The translations under genes and the position numbers were made by a program. The notes under the pieces were generated by a model. It was not told the origin of the DNA, ran no database searches, and saw nothing but the letters and a program-made list of their open reading frames with translations. DNA of 64,000 nucleotides, from the IMG/VR virus record IMGVR_UViG_3300012231_000008, positions 4,334 through 68,333 of that record; one strand, written 5' to 3'. Positions 8,665-17,779 of the stretch are shown piece after piece. The stretch comes from a virus. Its lineage: Duplodnaviria; Caudoviricetes. The stretch's first letter is position 1. Each line of letters opens with the position of its first letter.

Positions 8665-9869
8665 TGGCTCTGTCTATTACACACTCCTACGTGTCGGCTG
8701 TCCCAGATGCCGGTGACGCATCGCTCGTCCAGCCCTCCGACTGGAACGACACGCACGACATTTCTGGGCTTGCCGCGGGTATCGAGGATTTCCTCGCAAC
8801 GCCTTCCAGCGCGAACCTCAAGACCGCCGTCACGGATGAGACGGGGTCTGGTGCCCTAGTATTTGCCAACACGCCGACGCTTGTGACACCTGTACTGGGT
8901 GCTGCGACCGGCACGTCAGTCGTTCTCTCTGGCAAGCTCGAAGCCGCATCGATCGAGCTCGGCCATGCCTCGGCTAATACCCTGACGGCGTCGGGCGGAA
9001 CGCTCTCGATTGAGGGCGTGGCAGTCCTGACCGCGAACACGGGCCAGCCTCTTGATAGCGATCTGACAAGCTGGGCAGGCGTAACGCGGGCCAGCGGGTT
9101 CGATACATTCGCAGCGACGCCATCTAGCGCCAACCTAATATCGCTCGTCTCGGACGAGACTGGCACGGGTGCGCTAGTGTTTGCGAACACGCCCACATTA
9201 GTCACGCCGGTCCTCGGCGCGGCAACCGGCACGTCCGTAGTGCTGAGTGGAAAGCTTGAGGCAGCGACGATCGAGCTTGGCCACGCCTCCGCGAACACGC
9301 TTTCCGCATCTAGCGGCGTGCTGTCGATAGAGGGCACCGTCCTAATCAAGGGTGGCACGCACACGATCTGGATACCTGCGGGCGCCATGATGGCCGCAGC
9401 GACCAGCGGCGCTGCCACGGCTTCGCTGGACAGCGGCAGCGAGGACATCAACTATAAGGTCTTCGATTTCGACGCGAGCGCAGACGAGTACGTGCATTTC
9501 TCCGTCGCCATGCCCAAGGGCTGGGACGAAGGGACGGTTACCTTCCAGGTGTGGTGGTCATCGACGGCGACCGACACTGACGGCGTGGCGTGGGCGCTGC
9601 AGGGCATAGCCCTCTCAGATAACGAGGCCGTCAACACCGCCTTCGGCACGCCTGTTGTTGTCACCGATGATGCGCAGAGCGCAGCCGGTGAGGTTTACGT
9701 TACAGCAGCAAGCGGCGCCGTGACGATCGGCGGATCTCCAGCAGAGGGTGATATTGTCTTCTTCCGGCTACTCCGAGACGTTTCGGACGCCAACGACGAT
9801 ATGTCCGAAGACGCCCGCCTGATCGGCATCAAGCTCTTCTACACCGTAGCCGCTGCGAACGACGCCTAG
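8664..9869 (+). CDS. Putative tail fibre/spike protein with internal 76-aa duplication
   Basis: N-terminal VQPSDWNDTH motif, S/T/G/A-rich shaft, beta-rich C-terminal domain. Confidence 0.65.
   Translation: MALSITHSYVSAVPDAGDASLVQPSDWNDTHDISGLAAGIEDFLATPSSANLKTAVTDETGSGALVFANTPTLVTPVLGAATGTSVVLSGKLEAASIELGHASANTLTASGGTLSIEGVAVLTANTGQPLDSDLTSWAGVTRASGFDTFAATPSSANLISLVSDETGTGALVFANTPTLVTPVLGAATGTSVVLSGKLEAATIELGHASANTLSASSGVLSIEGTVLIKGGTHTIWIPAGAMMAAATSGAATASLDSGSEDINYKVFDFDASADEYVHFSVAMPKGWDEGTVTFQVWWSSTATDTDGVAWALQGIALSDNEAVNTAFGTPVVVTDDAQSAAGEVYVTAASGAVTIGGSPAEGDIVFFRLLRDVSDANDDMSEDARLIGIKLFYTVAAANDA
8790..9335 (+). repeat. Two 228-nt in-frame copies (8790-9017 and 9108-9335)
   Basis: 66/76 aa identical; central 33 aa identical but 24 of 33 codons differ. 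Confidence 0.95.
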
Positions 9870-9876
9870 AGGACCA

Positions 9877-10269
9877 ATGGCACGCTACGCTAGAGTCAAC
9901 GCGCAGAACGCAATCGAAGAGTTTCGCAACTTCGATGCGCCGCCCGATCCAAATCCGGTGAAGGGCTGGCGGTGGTTGCTGGCGCCTACCGTTGCTGCGC
10001 CTTCGTATGACCCGATGACCCATAGGCGAGTTGGTCCGACCCATACCGTAGGCGCCAACTCCATCACCCAATCTTGGGAGGTTATCGCGCTAACCGCGCA
10101 GGAGATCAGCGACAAGAAGGACGCAGCAGTCAGCGGAATGGAAAGCGGTATTGGATACAACCCCGTGTATAAGGCGCTGTTCAATCTTAACAACCGGGTG
10201 CGGGTGTTGGAAGGCCAGAGCACGATGACGGCAGCGCAGTTCAAGGCCGCGATCAAGGCGATCCTCTGA
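9877..10269 (+). CDS. Putative tail fibre assembly/accessory protein
   Basis: PSYDPMTHR...ITQSWEVIALTAQEI motif typical of fibre chaperones; position. Confidence 0.55.
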   Translation: MARYARVNAQNAIEEFRNFDAPPDPNPVKGWRWLLAPTVAAPSYDPMTHRRVGPTHTVGANSITQSWEVIALTAQEISDKKDAAVSGMESGIGYNPVYKALFNLNNRVRVLEGQSTMTAAQFKAAIKAIL

Positions 10270-11048
10270 TGCTGCTGACAACGCAGTTGATCGGATTTGG
10301 AGCGAGCAGCGGCGAGGCGGCGGCATTCGACCCGCTGACCCTGTCTCCTTACGTCTGGCTGCAGTTCAACGACATATCGACCCTGTTCACGGATAGTGCA
10401 GGCATGACGCCCGTAACAGCGGACGGCGACAAGATCGGTAAGGCATCAGACAAATCGGGGAATGCGCGGCATTTCACGCAAGCCGACAACGATCGGCGTG
10501 CCAGCTACGAGACAAACGTAATCAACGGTCTTGCAGCGGGGGAGTTCGGCCATTCCGTAGCCACCACAGCGAGTCTTGTCGGCCCAGACATAAGCTCCCT
10601 AACGGAGGGCGAAGCGTTTGTGGTCATTAAGGCCGAGGCGGACCCACCCGGAGACCCGCCGGGGAACGGACTTTGGCACCTCGGATCGGCTAGCAGCAGT
10701 TCCCACGTCCCTTATGCAGACGCCACGATTTATGATGCATTCGGCACCACCGCGCGAAAAACGACAGGAGACCCGGCGACGGCTCTAACCTCTTGGCGTC
10801 TTTATAACGCCGTTTCCGCTTCTGGCGAGTGGACAAGCTTTATCGATGGAACCCAGCACTACACGACAGGAACCAACACTGTAGGGTTCACGAACGCGCC
10901 ACGGCTTGGCGGTTCATTTGACTCAGCGTCTTATTATTGGGTGGGGCAGATCGCGGAATTTATCCTGTTCAGTTCAAAGCTGAGCGGGACGGACAAGACC
11001 AACTTGGAGGCTTACTTCGCCAGCCGGTACGGCCTGACGATAGCCTAA
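10269..11048 (+). CDS. Lectin/LamG-like jelly-roll protein, candidate receptor-binding tip
   Basis: DKSGNARHFTQ...WTSFIDG...GQIAEFILFSSKLS...LEAYFASRYG. Confidence 0.65.
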   Translation: MLLTTQLIGFGASSGEAAAFDPLTLSPYVWLQFNDISTLFTDSAGMTPVTADGDKIGKASDKSGNARHFTQADNDRRASYETNVINGLAAGEFGHSVATTASLVGPDISSLTEGEAFVVIKAEADPPGDPPGNGLWHLGSASSSSHVPYADATIYDAFGTTARKTTGDPATALTSWRLYNAVSASGEWTSFIDGTQHYTTGTNTVGFTNAPRLGGSFDSASYYWVGQIAEFILFSSKLSGTDKTNLEAYFASRYGLTIA

Positions 11049-11890
11049 AGGTGGGGCTGCCATTCGGTGCCGCGCTTGGGCGCTACGAACTCGCTGACCT
11101 CCGCCCCGTTTCGCTCAACAACCACAACAAACGGGTAGAAATGTATTGACCAGATCGCGAATTGCAACGGCGTGGCAGAGCACGCAATGCGGCGGTTTGG
11201 GTTTTCATAATCTGCCTGGAAACCCTGCATCGCGTTTAGCTTGTCGGTGATGCCGTGAGCGTAGCGGGAAAACTCGTTGCCCTCCATGTGTACGTCCTCG
11301 CAAAGGTAGACGCCACCTGGCCGCATGAGCGGCAGCAGTTCCTCGAAGCTTGCGATCTGCTGCTGGGGCTTGTGGCCGCCGTCGTCAATGACAACATCAA
11401 GGGCAAGCCCCTCTGTGCCTAGCCCGCGCCAAAATGACCTGTTCGCCTGATCGCCTATAAATACGCGCGTGTCCGCCGTCTCGTAGGCGCGACAGGCGGG
11501 CTCGATATCGACTCCATAAATATGGGCGCCCGCTCCGAAGTAGTCGCGCCACATATCCAGGCTGCCGCCGCTATAGACGCCAATCTCTAGAACGTGCGGC
11601 GAGCGCCCGCGGAACTTGGCAAAATATCGGTGGTAGATGTCGAAATAGTGTTGCCACTTCCAGATTCCGCGCCCCTCGGTGCGAGCCTCAAAGAACGAGC
11701 GCAGCGGGTTGGCTGGTAGTTCAGAAGCAGCAGGCGCTGGGAACGTCTCTCGCGTCCAATCAGGTAACGCTGGGGCAGCAGGTGTTGCCGCAGAGATGAT
11801 AGAGCGAGCAAGCCGACGCGCTGGCGCAGGCACTAGTTGACGCAATCCCATAGCGATCCCTCTCGTTAAATCCCTGCCCACCTTACCCAA
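11045..11890 (-). CDS. Class I SAM-dependent O-methyltransferase (Methyltransf_24/MycE-like); start may be 11851
   Basis: KWQHYFDIY, VLEIGVYSGGS, YGVDI, VIDDGGH, GGVYLCED; only antisense gene in this block. Confidence 0.85.
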   Translation of the reverse strand: MGKVGRDLTRGIAMGLRQLVPAPARRLARSIISAATPAAPALPDWTRETFPAPAASELPANPLRSFFEARTEGRGIWKWQHYFDIYHRYFAKFRGRSPHVLEIGVYSGGSLDMWRDYFGAGAHIYGVDIEPACRAYETADTRVFIGDQANRSFWRGLGTEGLALDVVIDDGGHKPQQQIASFEELLPLMRPGGVYLCEDVHMEGNEFSRYAHGITDKLNAMQGFQADYENPNRRIACSATPLQFAIWSIHFYPFVVVVERNGAEVSEFVAPKRGTEWQPHL

Positions 11891-11910
11891 CCGGAGTCAC
11901 CGATACAACC

Positions 11911-12126
11911 ATGGATCAACAAGACCCGAGAGCCCAAATCCAGAAGCTTAACGACATGATGCAAATGCTCTCCAACCAGCGCAACTCCGCACAGAATGAG
12001 TGCGTGCAGCTAGGGGCAGAGATCATCGCGCTACAGCGCGAGATTGCCGAGCTCAAGAAGGCCAAGGAAGAGACGGCAGTTCCGGCTCGCGCCACCAACG
12101 GCCACGACGCGGAAGCCCGCGCGTAA
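11911..12126 (+). CDS. Small coiled-coil protein
   Basis: Heptad pattern, 71 aa. Confidence 0.6.
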   Translation: MDQQDPRAQIQKLNDMMQMLSNQRNSAQNECVQLGAEIIALQREIAELKKAKEETAVPARATNGHDAEARA

Positions 12127-12159
12127 GCAACCTCCAGAAATCCTGGCTGAGCTAACAGA

Positions 12160-12660
12160 ATGACAACAGCTTTTCAAAGCTCAGCCTTCCAAAACAATGC
12201 GTTTCAGATTGATGTTGCGGTCGCTGAGGCCCCAGCCCCAGCGCCAGCCTCATCAGCAGCCGGCGGCGCTACCGGCCCAGCATCAGGCCGTCGTAAGCGT
12301 CGCCCAGATCAACTAGCGCAGCCAAAGCGGGCGCGCTCCGAGCCCACGAAGCCGAAGAAGCTCGTCGCAGAGCGACAGCACCCGCCACAGCCAGAAGTAG
12401 ACGCGTTCTACCTGCGCGATCTCGAAGCCAAGGCGCGCGCACGAGAAGAGGCGGCAAAGGAAGCCGCAGATCCAAGCCGCAAGGGCGTCGTCATCGCCCT
12501 CAGCGATGCCAGGCGTTCCGCGCTTGCCACTATCAAGGATGCGCAGGCCGCAGAGCTGAAGCGCCAGGCCGATATCAATGCCGCGCTTGAGGCCGAGGCT
12601 CTCGCCAAGGCGCAACAAGAAGAAGACGACCTGATCGCAATTCTACTGCTGGCGGCGTAG
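12160..12660 (+). CDS. Hypothetical phage protein
   Basis: AFQSSAFQNNAFQ start and EEDDLIAILLLAA end. Confidence 0.65.
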   Translation: MTTAFQSSAFQNNAFQIDVAVAEAPAPAPASSAAGGATGPASGRRKRRPDQLAQPKRARSEPTKPKKLVAERQHPPQPEVDAFYLRDLEAKARAREEAAKEAADPSRKGVVIALSDARRSALATIKDAQAAELKRQADINAALEAEALAKAQQEEDDLIAILLLAA

Positions 12661-12684
12661 GCCGGCAGCGCTGAGGAACAAGCC

Positions 12685-13071
12685 ATGACCATGCATCGCT
12701 ACATCTTCAATGTGTCCACAGATACGGGCACATCCGCGCTACAATCCGGCGATACCGGCAAGTCGGTTTTCGGCCAAGTTGTGCAATTGCGCTGGAACCC
12801 GACATCGGTGGATACAGGTGGCGATTTGTACGTCGCGCTACTCCCCAAGGACGGCGACACCGGGGACGGCTTCACTATCTACTCCAAGAACGACTGCCTC
12901 GGCAGCAACTTCACGCGGTTCCTTGGATATCCCTCGTCACACATCGACGGCTTCGACACCGGCCGCGGTGGCGCAGCCCACCCATACGCTGCCGGTGAGC
13001 GCCTCCGTATCAAGATTCTCCCCGGTCAGAGTGAGTGCCGCGGCAGGCTCTACGTCTACGTGAAGGAGTGA
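12685..13071 (+). CDS. Putative virion beta-sandwich protein with 5 DTG motifs
   Basis: STDTG, GDTG, VDTG, GDTG, FDTG in 128 aa. Confidence 0.7.
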   Translation: MTMHRYIFNVSTDTGTSALQSGDTGKSVFGQVVQLRWNPTSVDTGGDLYVALLPKDGDTGDGFTIYSKNDCLGSNFTRFLGYPSSHIDGFDTGRGGAAHPYAAGERLRIKILPGQSECRGRLYVYVKE

Positions 13072-13074
13072 GAC

Positions 13075-13227
13075 GTGGGCCGCCTGATCCGCTCGGTGCT
13101 CATTCACTCCATCCTCTTGCGACCTGCGGGCCGACCGCCAACCGGCGGCGCCGTCGGCAACTCGGTCCTGCGTGAGGACGGCACGTTTGTCCTGCGCGAG
13201 GACAGCTCGCAGATCTTGAGGGAATAG
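13075..13227 (+). CDS. 50-aa hypothetical virion-associated peptide (not in ORF track)
   Basis: GTG start after AAGGAG; ends LREDGTFVLREDSSQILRE. Confidence 0.55.
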   Translation: MGRLIRSVLIHSILLRPAGRPPTGGAVGNSVLREDGTFVLREDSSQILRE

Positions 13228-13230
13228 CTC

Positions 13231-13791
13231 GTGGCCGACACGAAAGTCAGCGCCGAGACGCTCGTCAGTGCGCTTGCCGCCAACCACAGATTCTACGTGG
13301 TCTGCGATACCGGCGCCGCGCCAGACTCTAACGCCGCGCGAGCATCCCAGGTCAAGACTTACGTGGGCATTGGCACCGCGACCAATGATGATGCCGCGGC
13401 GGGTGCGATTGGAGAGACCCAGGTTGCAACGGGGTCAGCCGTTGCTCTGACCACGACGACGCCAGCCAACGTGTGCTCAATCTCGCTGACTGCTGGAGAT
13501 TGGGACGTTTCGGCCGTGGCCGGTTTCACCGGAGCTGGTGCCACCGTAACCAGTAATATCACGCTATCGCACAGCACCACGAGCGCAACCCAAGACGGGA
13601 CTGTCGGCAAGCAGAACACATTTCGCTTCAACGGCGGCTCCGGCTTTACCGACGTCAACCATGGCGTCTCTCTTTCGCCGTACAGGTATTCTCTCGCCGC
13701 CACGACGACCGTCTATCTGGTGGCAACCGCCGTGTTCTCGACATCCACCTACGCTGTCAGCGGTCGGCTTTATGCCCGAAGGATGCGCTAG
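13231..13791 (+). CDS. Putative fibre/decoration protein (1 DTG)
   Basis: T/A/G/S-rich beta protein; GEIGE-like GAIGETQ motif; C1q/TNF-like strand pattern at end. Confidence 0.55.
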   Translation: MADTKVSAETLVSALAANHRFYVVCDTGAAPDSNAARASQVKTYVGIGTATNDDAAAGAIGETQVATGSAVALTTTTPANVCSISLTAGDWDVSAVAGFTGAGATVTSNITLSHSTTSATQDGTVGKQNTFRFNGGSGFTDVNHGVSLSPYRYSLAATTTVYLVATAVFSTSTYAVSGRLYARRMR

Positions 13792-13794
13792 CCC

Positions 13795-14967
13795 ATGATC
13801 CCCCACTACGGCAAGCGTGAGGCAGGGCTGCTTACCGCAGCAAGTCCGGGGGATACCCTCTATTTCCCGTTCGCCTCCTACAACGACTCCGGCGACTCCG
13901 AGGTGCTGAGCGGTCTGGCCGTCACCGATATCGAAGTTCTGAAAAACGGCCTCCCGACCGTGCGCGCCACGGACTCCGGCTATTCGCTGATCTCCGACAC
14001 CGGCATGGTGGGTGATCGTGGCGGCCTTTACCGCTGCTCGATCCAGCTCTTCAACACCGCCGACGACGCCTCCTTCTATGCATCGGGGTCCTGGTATCAG
14101 GCGTTCGTGGACGCCGTCACCATCGATGGCAGGACAGTTCGGTTTTGGCTCGGATCGTGGGAGATCGGGCGCCAACGCGTCGATGTGCGCGCGCTGATCG
14201 GCGACACCGGCGCCGCCAACTGGCTGCAGCAGACGTATGCGGCGGGCTTCGCTGACACTGGCGTGAACCAGCGCCTCGGGCAAATACAGTCCGACGTGGA
14301 CACGGGGCTGAGAACCCACGTCAACGACCTCGACACGGGCCTCCACGACACCATCGCCGATTTGGATACTGGCTTGCGCGACCATGTCGACAACACCGAT
14401 ACTGGCCTGCGTCGGTTCCTAGACAATATGGACACCGGCATCAAGGACCGCTTCAACGATCTCGCCGAGGATACGGGTGGAGTAAATATCAACTCGATCC
14501 AGGGTGATACTGGCGCGGCCGGCTGGCTCAAGGCCATCTTTGCCAACGGTTTCAACGATACCGGCATCAACGAGCGCCTCGCCCGCATCCAGTCGGATGT
14601 CGATACTGGGCTGCGCGTTCATATCGACGACAGCGATACTGGCATCAAGGATGTCATTGCGGATCTCGACACCGGTCTGCGAGACTACATCGACAATGCG
14701 GATACCGGGCTGCGCGCCATCCTCCAGACGACCGGCGTCAACGTCACAAAGATCGTGGGCGACACTGGTGCCGCCAACTGGCTCAAGACCGTCTACACCT
14801 CCGGCTTCACCGACACCGGCCTCGAAGAGCGCCTGACCACTATTGAGACCCAGACCAACAAGCTCACCTTCGACACCGGCAACGAGCTGCACGCCGACAT
14901 CCGCAAGGTCAATAACGTCACCGTTCAGGGCGCGGGCTCCAATGGCAACGAGTGGAGGCCTGAGTAA
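13795..14967 (+). CDS. Repeat protein with 18 DTG motifs, probable fibre/whisker
   Basis: Globular N-terminus then 11-residue DTG-periodic coiled coil. Confidence 0.75.
   Translation: MIPHYGKREAGLLTAASPGDTLYFPFASYNDSGDSEVLSGLAVTDIEVLKNGLPTVRATDSGYSLISDTGMVGDRGGLYRCSIQLFNTADDASFYASGSWYQAFVDAVTIDGRTVRFWLGSWEIGRQRVDVRALIGDTGAANWLQQTYAAGFADTGVNQRLGQIQSDVDTGLRTHVNDLDTGLHDTIADLDTGLRDHVDNTDTGLRRFLDNMDTGIKDRFNDLAEDTGGVNINSIQGDTGAAGWLKAIFANGFNDTGINERLARIQSDVDTGLRVHIDDSDTGIKDVIADLDTGLRDYIDNADTGLRAILQTTGVNVTKIVGDTGAANWLKTVYTSGFTDTGLEERLTTIETQTNKLTFDTGNELHADIRKVNNVTVQGAGSNGNEWRPE
14200..14885 (+). repeat. 33-nt (11-aa) periodic repeat nested in a roughly 100-aa duplicated unit
   Basis: DTGLRTHVNDL-DTGLHDTIADL-DTGLRDHVDNT-DTGLRRFLDNM-DTG; GDTGAAxWL...GFxDTG unit occurs three times. 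Confidence 0.9.
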
Positions 14968-15200
14968 TGGCCACCACCATCAGCAAGCGAGTGCCGTCGG
15001 GGGCGTCCGCTAGCAACACGCCCCGTGTCTCGATGGGCAGCCACAACGCCTCCTACGATTGCTGGGGCGGCTCATGGGGCAGTTCGTGGCTCCTTGCTTG
15101 GCACAACTTCCTTTCCGCCTCTGAGCTATCTGGCAACATCACCCAGCGTGTGACGAGCACGCAGGTGACGGCCAACAATACCAAACGGGTGACGCTCTGA
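14967..15200 (+). CDS. Small hypothetical protein
   Basis: TAATG coupling; WGGSWGSSW motif. Confidence 0.6.
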   Translation: MATTISKRVPSGASASNTPRVSMGSHNASYDCWGGSWGSSWLLAWHNFLSASELSGNITQRVTSTQVTANNTKRVTL

Positions 15201-15841
15201 CCCTGACGCGCGCCGAGCTCGAAGCTATCGCGTCCGAGCCCTACGAGGCCCGCGGCATCCCGCATTCCGAGATGGCCCTTATCATCGGCACATGCCGCAA
15301 GCTGGGCGTCGAGGTGTTCATCGAGTCCGGACGCGCGCGCGGGCAGTCCACCTACATGCTGGCGAAGTACCTGCCGGACGTGCGTATCCACTCCATCGAC
15401 GCGCGTCCCGGCCATCCCGACGAGGCCTTCGCCCAGTCGCGCCTCAAGGGCTTTGCCAACGTCTCGCTCTACCACGGAGACGGAGCGGTGGCCTTGCCGG
15501 CCCTGGCCAAGCAGAGCGCACCGAAGCGCGCTGCGATCCTCTGCGATGGTCCCAAGGGCCTCTTTGCAGTGGCCGTCATCGAGAAGTGCTTCGGCAACAA
15601 GCACGTCGTAGCTGGCTTCGCGCACGACATGAGGCCTATCGATCACGGGGTGCCCTCGCCCTACCGCGCTGCGGCTGAGGTTGTGTTCCCCGGCGCCAAG
15701 TTCAGCGACGATCCCGAATACGTCGCCGCCACGTCCTGGATGGACGCCAAGGTGGTGGCAGCCAATGGCCCGGTTGGCCCCAAGCAGCAAGCAGAGTTCG
15801 GCAGTTACGGGCCGACAGTGGGTGTGTTCATCAAAGCCTGA
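15197..15841 (+). CDS. Class I SAM-dependent methyltransferase-like protein (ATG 15272 or coupled CTG 15197)
   Basis: IESGRARGQST (motif I), IHSID, ILCDGPK, AHD. Confidence 0.7.
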   Translation: MTLTRAELEAIASEPYEARGIPHSEMALIIGTCRKLGVEVFIESGRARGQSTYMLAKYLPDVRIHSIDARPGHPDEAFAQSRLKGFANVSLYHGDGAVALPALAKQSAPKRAAILCDGPKGLFAVAVIEKCFGNKHVVAGFAHDMRPIDHGVPSPYRAAAEVVFPGAKFSDDPEYVAATSWMDAKVVAANGPVGPKQQAEFGSYGPTVGVFIKA

Positions 15842-15902
15842 AGCCTACCGGCCTCCGCGGCCCCAGCAATAAGCAACTCAGCAAAACCTCGGAACATGCC
15901 CC

Positions 15903-16178
15903 ATGCTCTCGCCAACCCAGCGAGCGCTGATCGAGCCATTGCGCCACGGCGAACCCGTGTCGCTCAGCCGTCTCATCAGTCTGCTCTATTCCGCCCGCTA
16001 TGACGGCGGACCTGACGACGCCGCCAACGCTGTGCGCCAGATCGTATTCAAGGCCCGGCGCAAGCTCGCCGAGCACAGCATCCAGATCCGCACTGTCGGC
16101 ACCGGCCGCGGTTCGCATGGCTGGATGGTGGAGCCCGATCACCGGGACGCGCTGTCGGCGCTGCTCGAAAATCGGTAA
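15903..16178 (+). CDS. Stand-alone OmpR/PhoB-type winged-helix DNA-binding protein
   Basis: LSPTQRALI...VSLSRLISLLY...NAVRQIVFKARRKL...IRTVG.GRG.GW. Confidence 0.75.
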   Translation: MLSPTQRALIEPLRHGEPVSLSRLISLLYSARYDGGPDDAANAVRQIVFKARRKLAEHSIQIRTVGTGRGSHGWMVEPDHRDALSALLENR

Positions 16179-16238
16179 CGGAAGAGAGATGCAAGCTGGC
16201 GTACTTCAGGGCAGGCACAAGACCCTGGAGACTCCGCT

Positions 16239-17081
16239 ATGACAATGAGCGTCTTAAAAGGCCTGCACCGCAGGGCACTCGGTCTCAGTAAGGACGGCGA
16301 GACGATGTCGCGAGCTGGCTTCGTTGCCGGCGGCGAAGACAAGCCGGTTATCGTATTCCCTGGCCCCGACACGGTCGCCATATTCGACGACTTTCTCGGC
16401 GATCTGGTTGGAGATGAGTGGATCGCTGGATCCTCGGATACCGGCCAAGCTACCGGCACTGGCGTTCTGGCTACTTCGGCGGTATCGGCGACCAACGGCA
16501 TCTACCGCATGACGTCGTCGGCATCATCGACCCAGACGCCAGCCGGCGGCGCACAGAGCATCAACACACCACCAAACTGGAAGGCGAACCAAGGTCAGGC
16601 GCTCAATAAGCCCTTGCGCTTCGGAGCCCGCGTCAAGATCGCCGACCTCGCCAAGAACAACGTCTTTGTCGGTCTGACAGACACCGGCGGCGCTGAGATA
16701 GCGGTGTACGACACAGGTGGCGGCATCCTTACCCCGGCTGCTGACTATGTCGGTTTCCTCAAGGGTGGCGGCGCTGCGGCCGGAACGACCGCCCTGACTT
16801 GGCGTCTGGTGACTGGCAAGGCCGGCGTCGACCAGGTCGCTACTACCGGCATCACCCCAACCACTAACGTCTACGACGTGCTTGAGGTCGAGGTGAGCCC
16901 AGACGGCAACGTGGCAACAGGCTTCATCAACGGGAAGTACGCGGCGCAGATCATCAGCGCGGCTACCACTCCCACTGTCGCCCTGGCTGGCGGCGTGTGG
17001 CGGGCCAACACGGAAGCCGCCGCCGATGCAGTCGATGTTGACTGGATGGCCATTTCCGCCCCTCGAGACACAGGATTGTAA
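16239..17081 (+). CDS. Putative capsid decoration/jelly-roll virion protein with 4 DTG motifs
   Basis: FDDFLGD start of beta-sandwich; SDTG, TDTG, YDTG and C-terminal RDTGL. Confidence 0.6.
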   Translation: MTMSVLKGLHRRALGLSKDGETMSRAGFVAGGEDKPVIVFPGPDTVAIFDDFLGDLVGDEWIAGSSDTGQATGTGVLATSAVSATNGIYRMTSSASSTQTPAGGAQSINTPPNWKANQGQALNKPLRFGARVKIADLAKNNVFVGLTDTGGAEIAVYDTGGGILTPAADYVGFLKGGGAAAGTTALTWRLVTGKAGVDQVATTGITPTTNVYDVLEVEVSPDGNVATGFINGKYAAQIISAATTPTVALAGGVWRANTEAAADAVDVDWMAISAPRDTGL

Positions 17082-17083
17082 GA

Positions 17084-17779
17084 ATGCTCGATGCGGTCGT
17101 CACCGACCTAGAAGAAGATGCCGGCGCCCCAGCGGCGCCGGCAGCGTCTCGGACCAAGCTCAAGGGCATCGCGATCCTTGGCTCGCATCCGGCGACCGTT
17201 GAGGCTGCCCCATTCGCGGACGAGGGCTGGCTGATCTATTCGTGCTCTCCGCATAATGTAGAGCGGCGCAAACTCCCGCGCGTCGACCAGTGGTTCGAGG
17301 TGCATGACGTCATTGAGGACGAGACGAGGGCATTCGGCTATCTCAAAGCTATCTCAGAGATGCCGTTCGTGTGGATGCGCGACCAGCGTGCTCTCAAGTC
17401 TGGCCATTTTCCCGGCGCTCGGCAGTATCCCGAGAAGGATCTCAAGGGCACGTCGACCGTCCAAAAGGTCAAGGTTCCCCAGCCCAACGGCAGCGTCGAG
17501 GTTCGCCAGGTCGAGGTGCCCAACGGAGACGGTCTCTTCTGCCCCTACATGTTCACGTCATCGATCGCCTACATGTTGGCGAAGGCCATCGTCGACTGCA
17601 AAGAGCAGGACGTCCCACAGATCGGCATCTGGGGCGTGATGCAGGCGAGCGAGACCGAGTACACGTATCAGCGTCCCGGCATCCAGTATTTCCTGCATCA
17701 GGCGTCCAAGCACTACGGCATTAAGGTGTTGGCCAACCGCGAGTCGTGCCTGTTCGACATGCCGACCTGGAAGTGGTGA
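17084..17779 (+). CDS. Rossmann-like transferase candidate (pattern reminiscent of sialyltransferase/Maf-like folds)
   Basis: IAILGSHP...RVDQWFEVH...FTSSIAYMLAKAI...IGIWGV...EYTYQRP; fold assignment is inference. Confidence 0.45.
   Translation: MLDAVVTDLEEDAGAPAAPAASRTKLKGIAILGSHPATVEAAPFADEGWLIYSCSPHNVERRKLPRVDQWFEVHDVIEDETRAFGYLKAISEMPFVWMRDQRALKSGHFPGARQYPEKDLKGTSTVQKVKVPQPNGSVEVRQVEVPNGDGLFCPYMFTSSIAYMLAKAIVDCKEQDVPQIGIWGVMQASETEYTYQRPGIQYFLHQASKHYGIKVLANRESCLFDMPTWKW

Noticed and set aside
8790-9335. Duplicated fibre segment as DGR template/variable repeat
   Set aside because: Differences are synonymous at all bases rather than adenine-specific, both copies are coding, and no reverse transcriptase is in the window
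14200-14885. 33-bp periodicity as a CRISPR array or DNA-level repeat
   Set aside because: Units are in-frame coding, diverge at third positions, have no constant repeat/spacer alternation, and no cas genes are present
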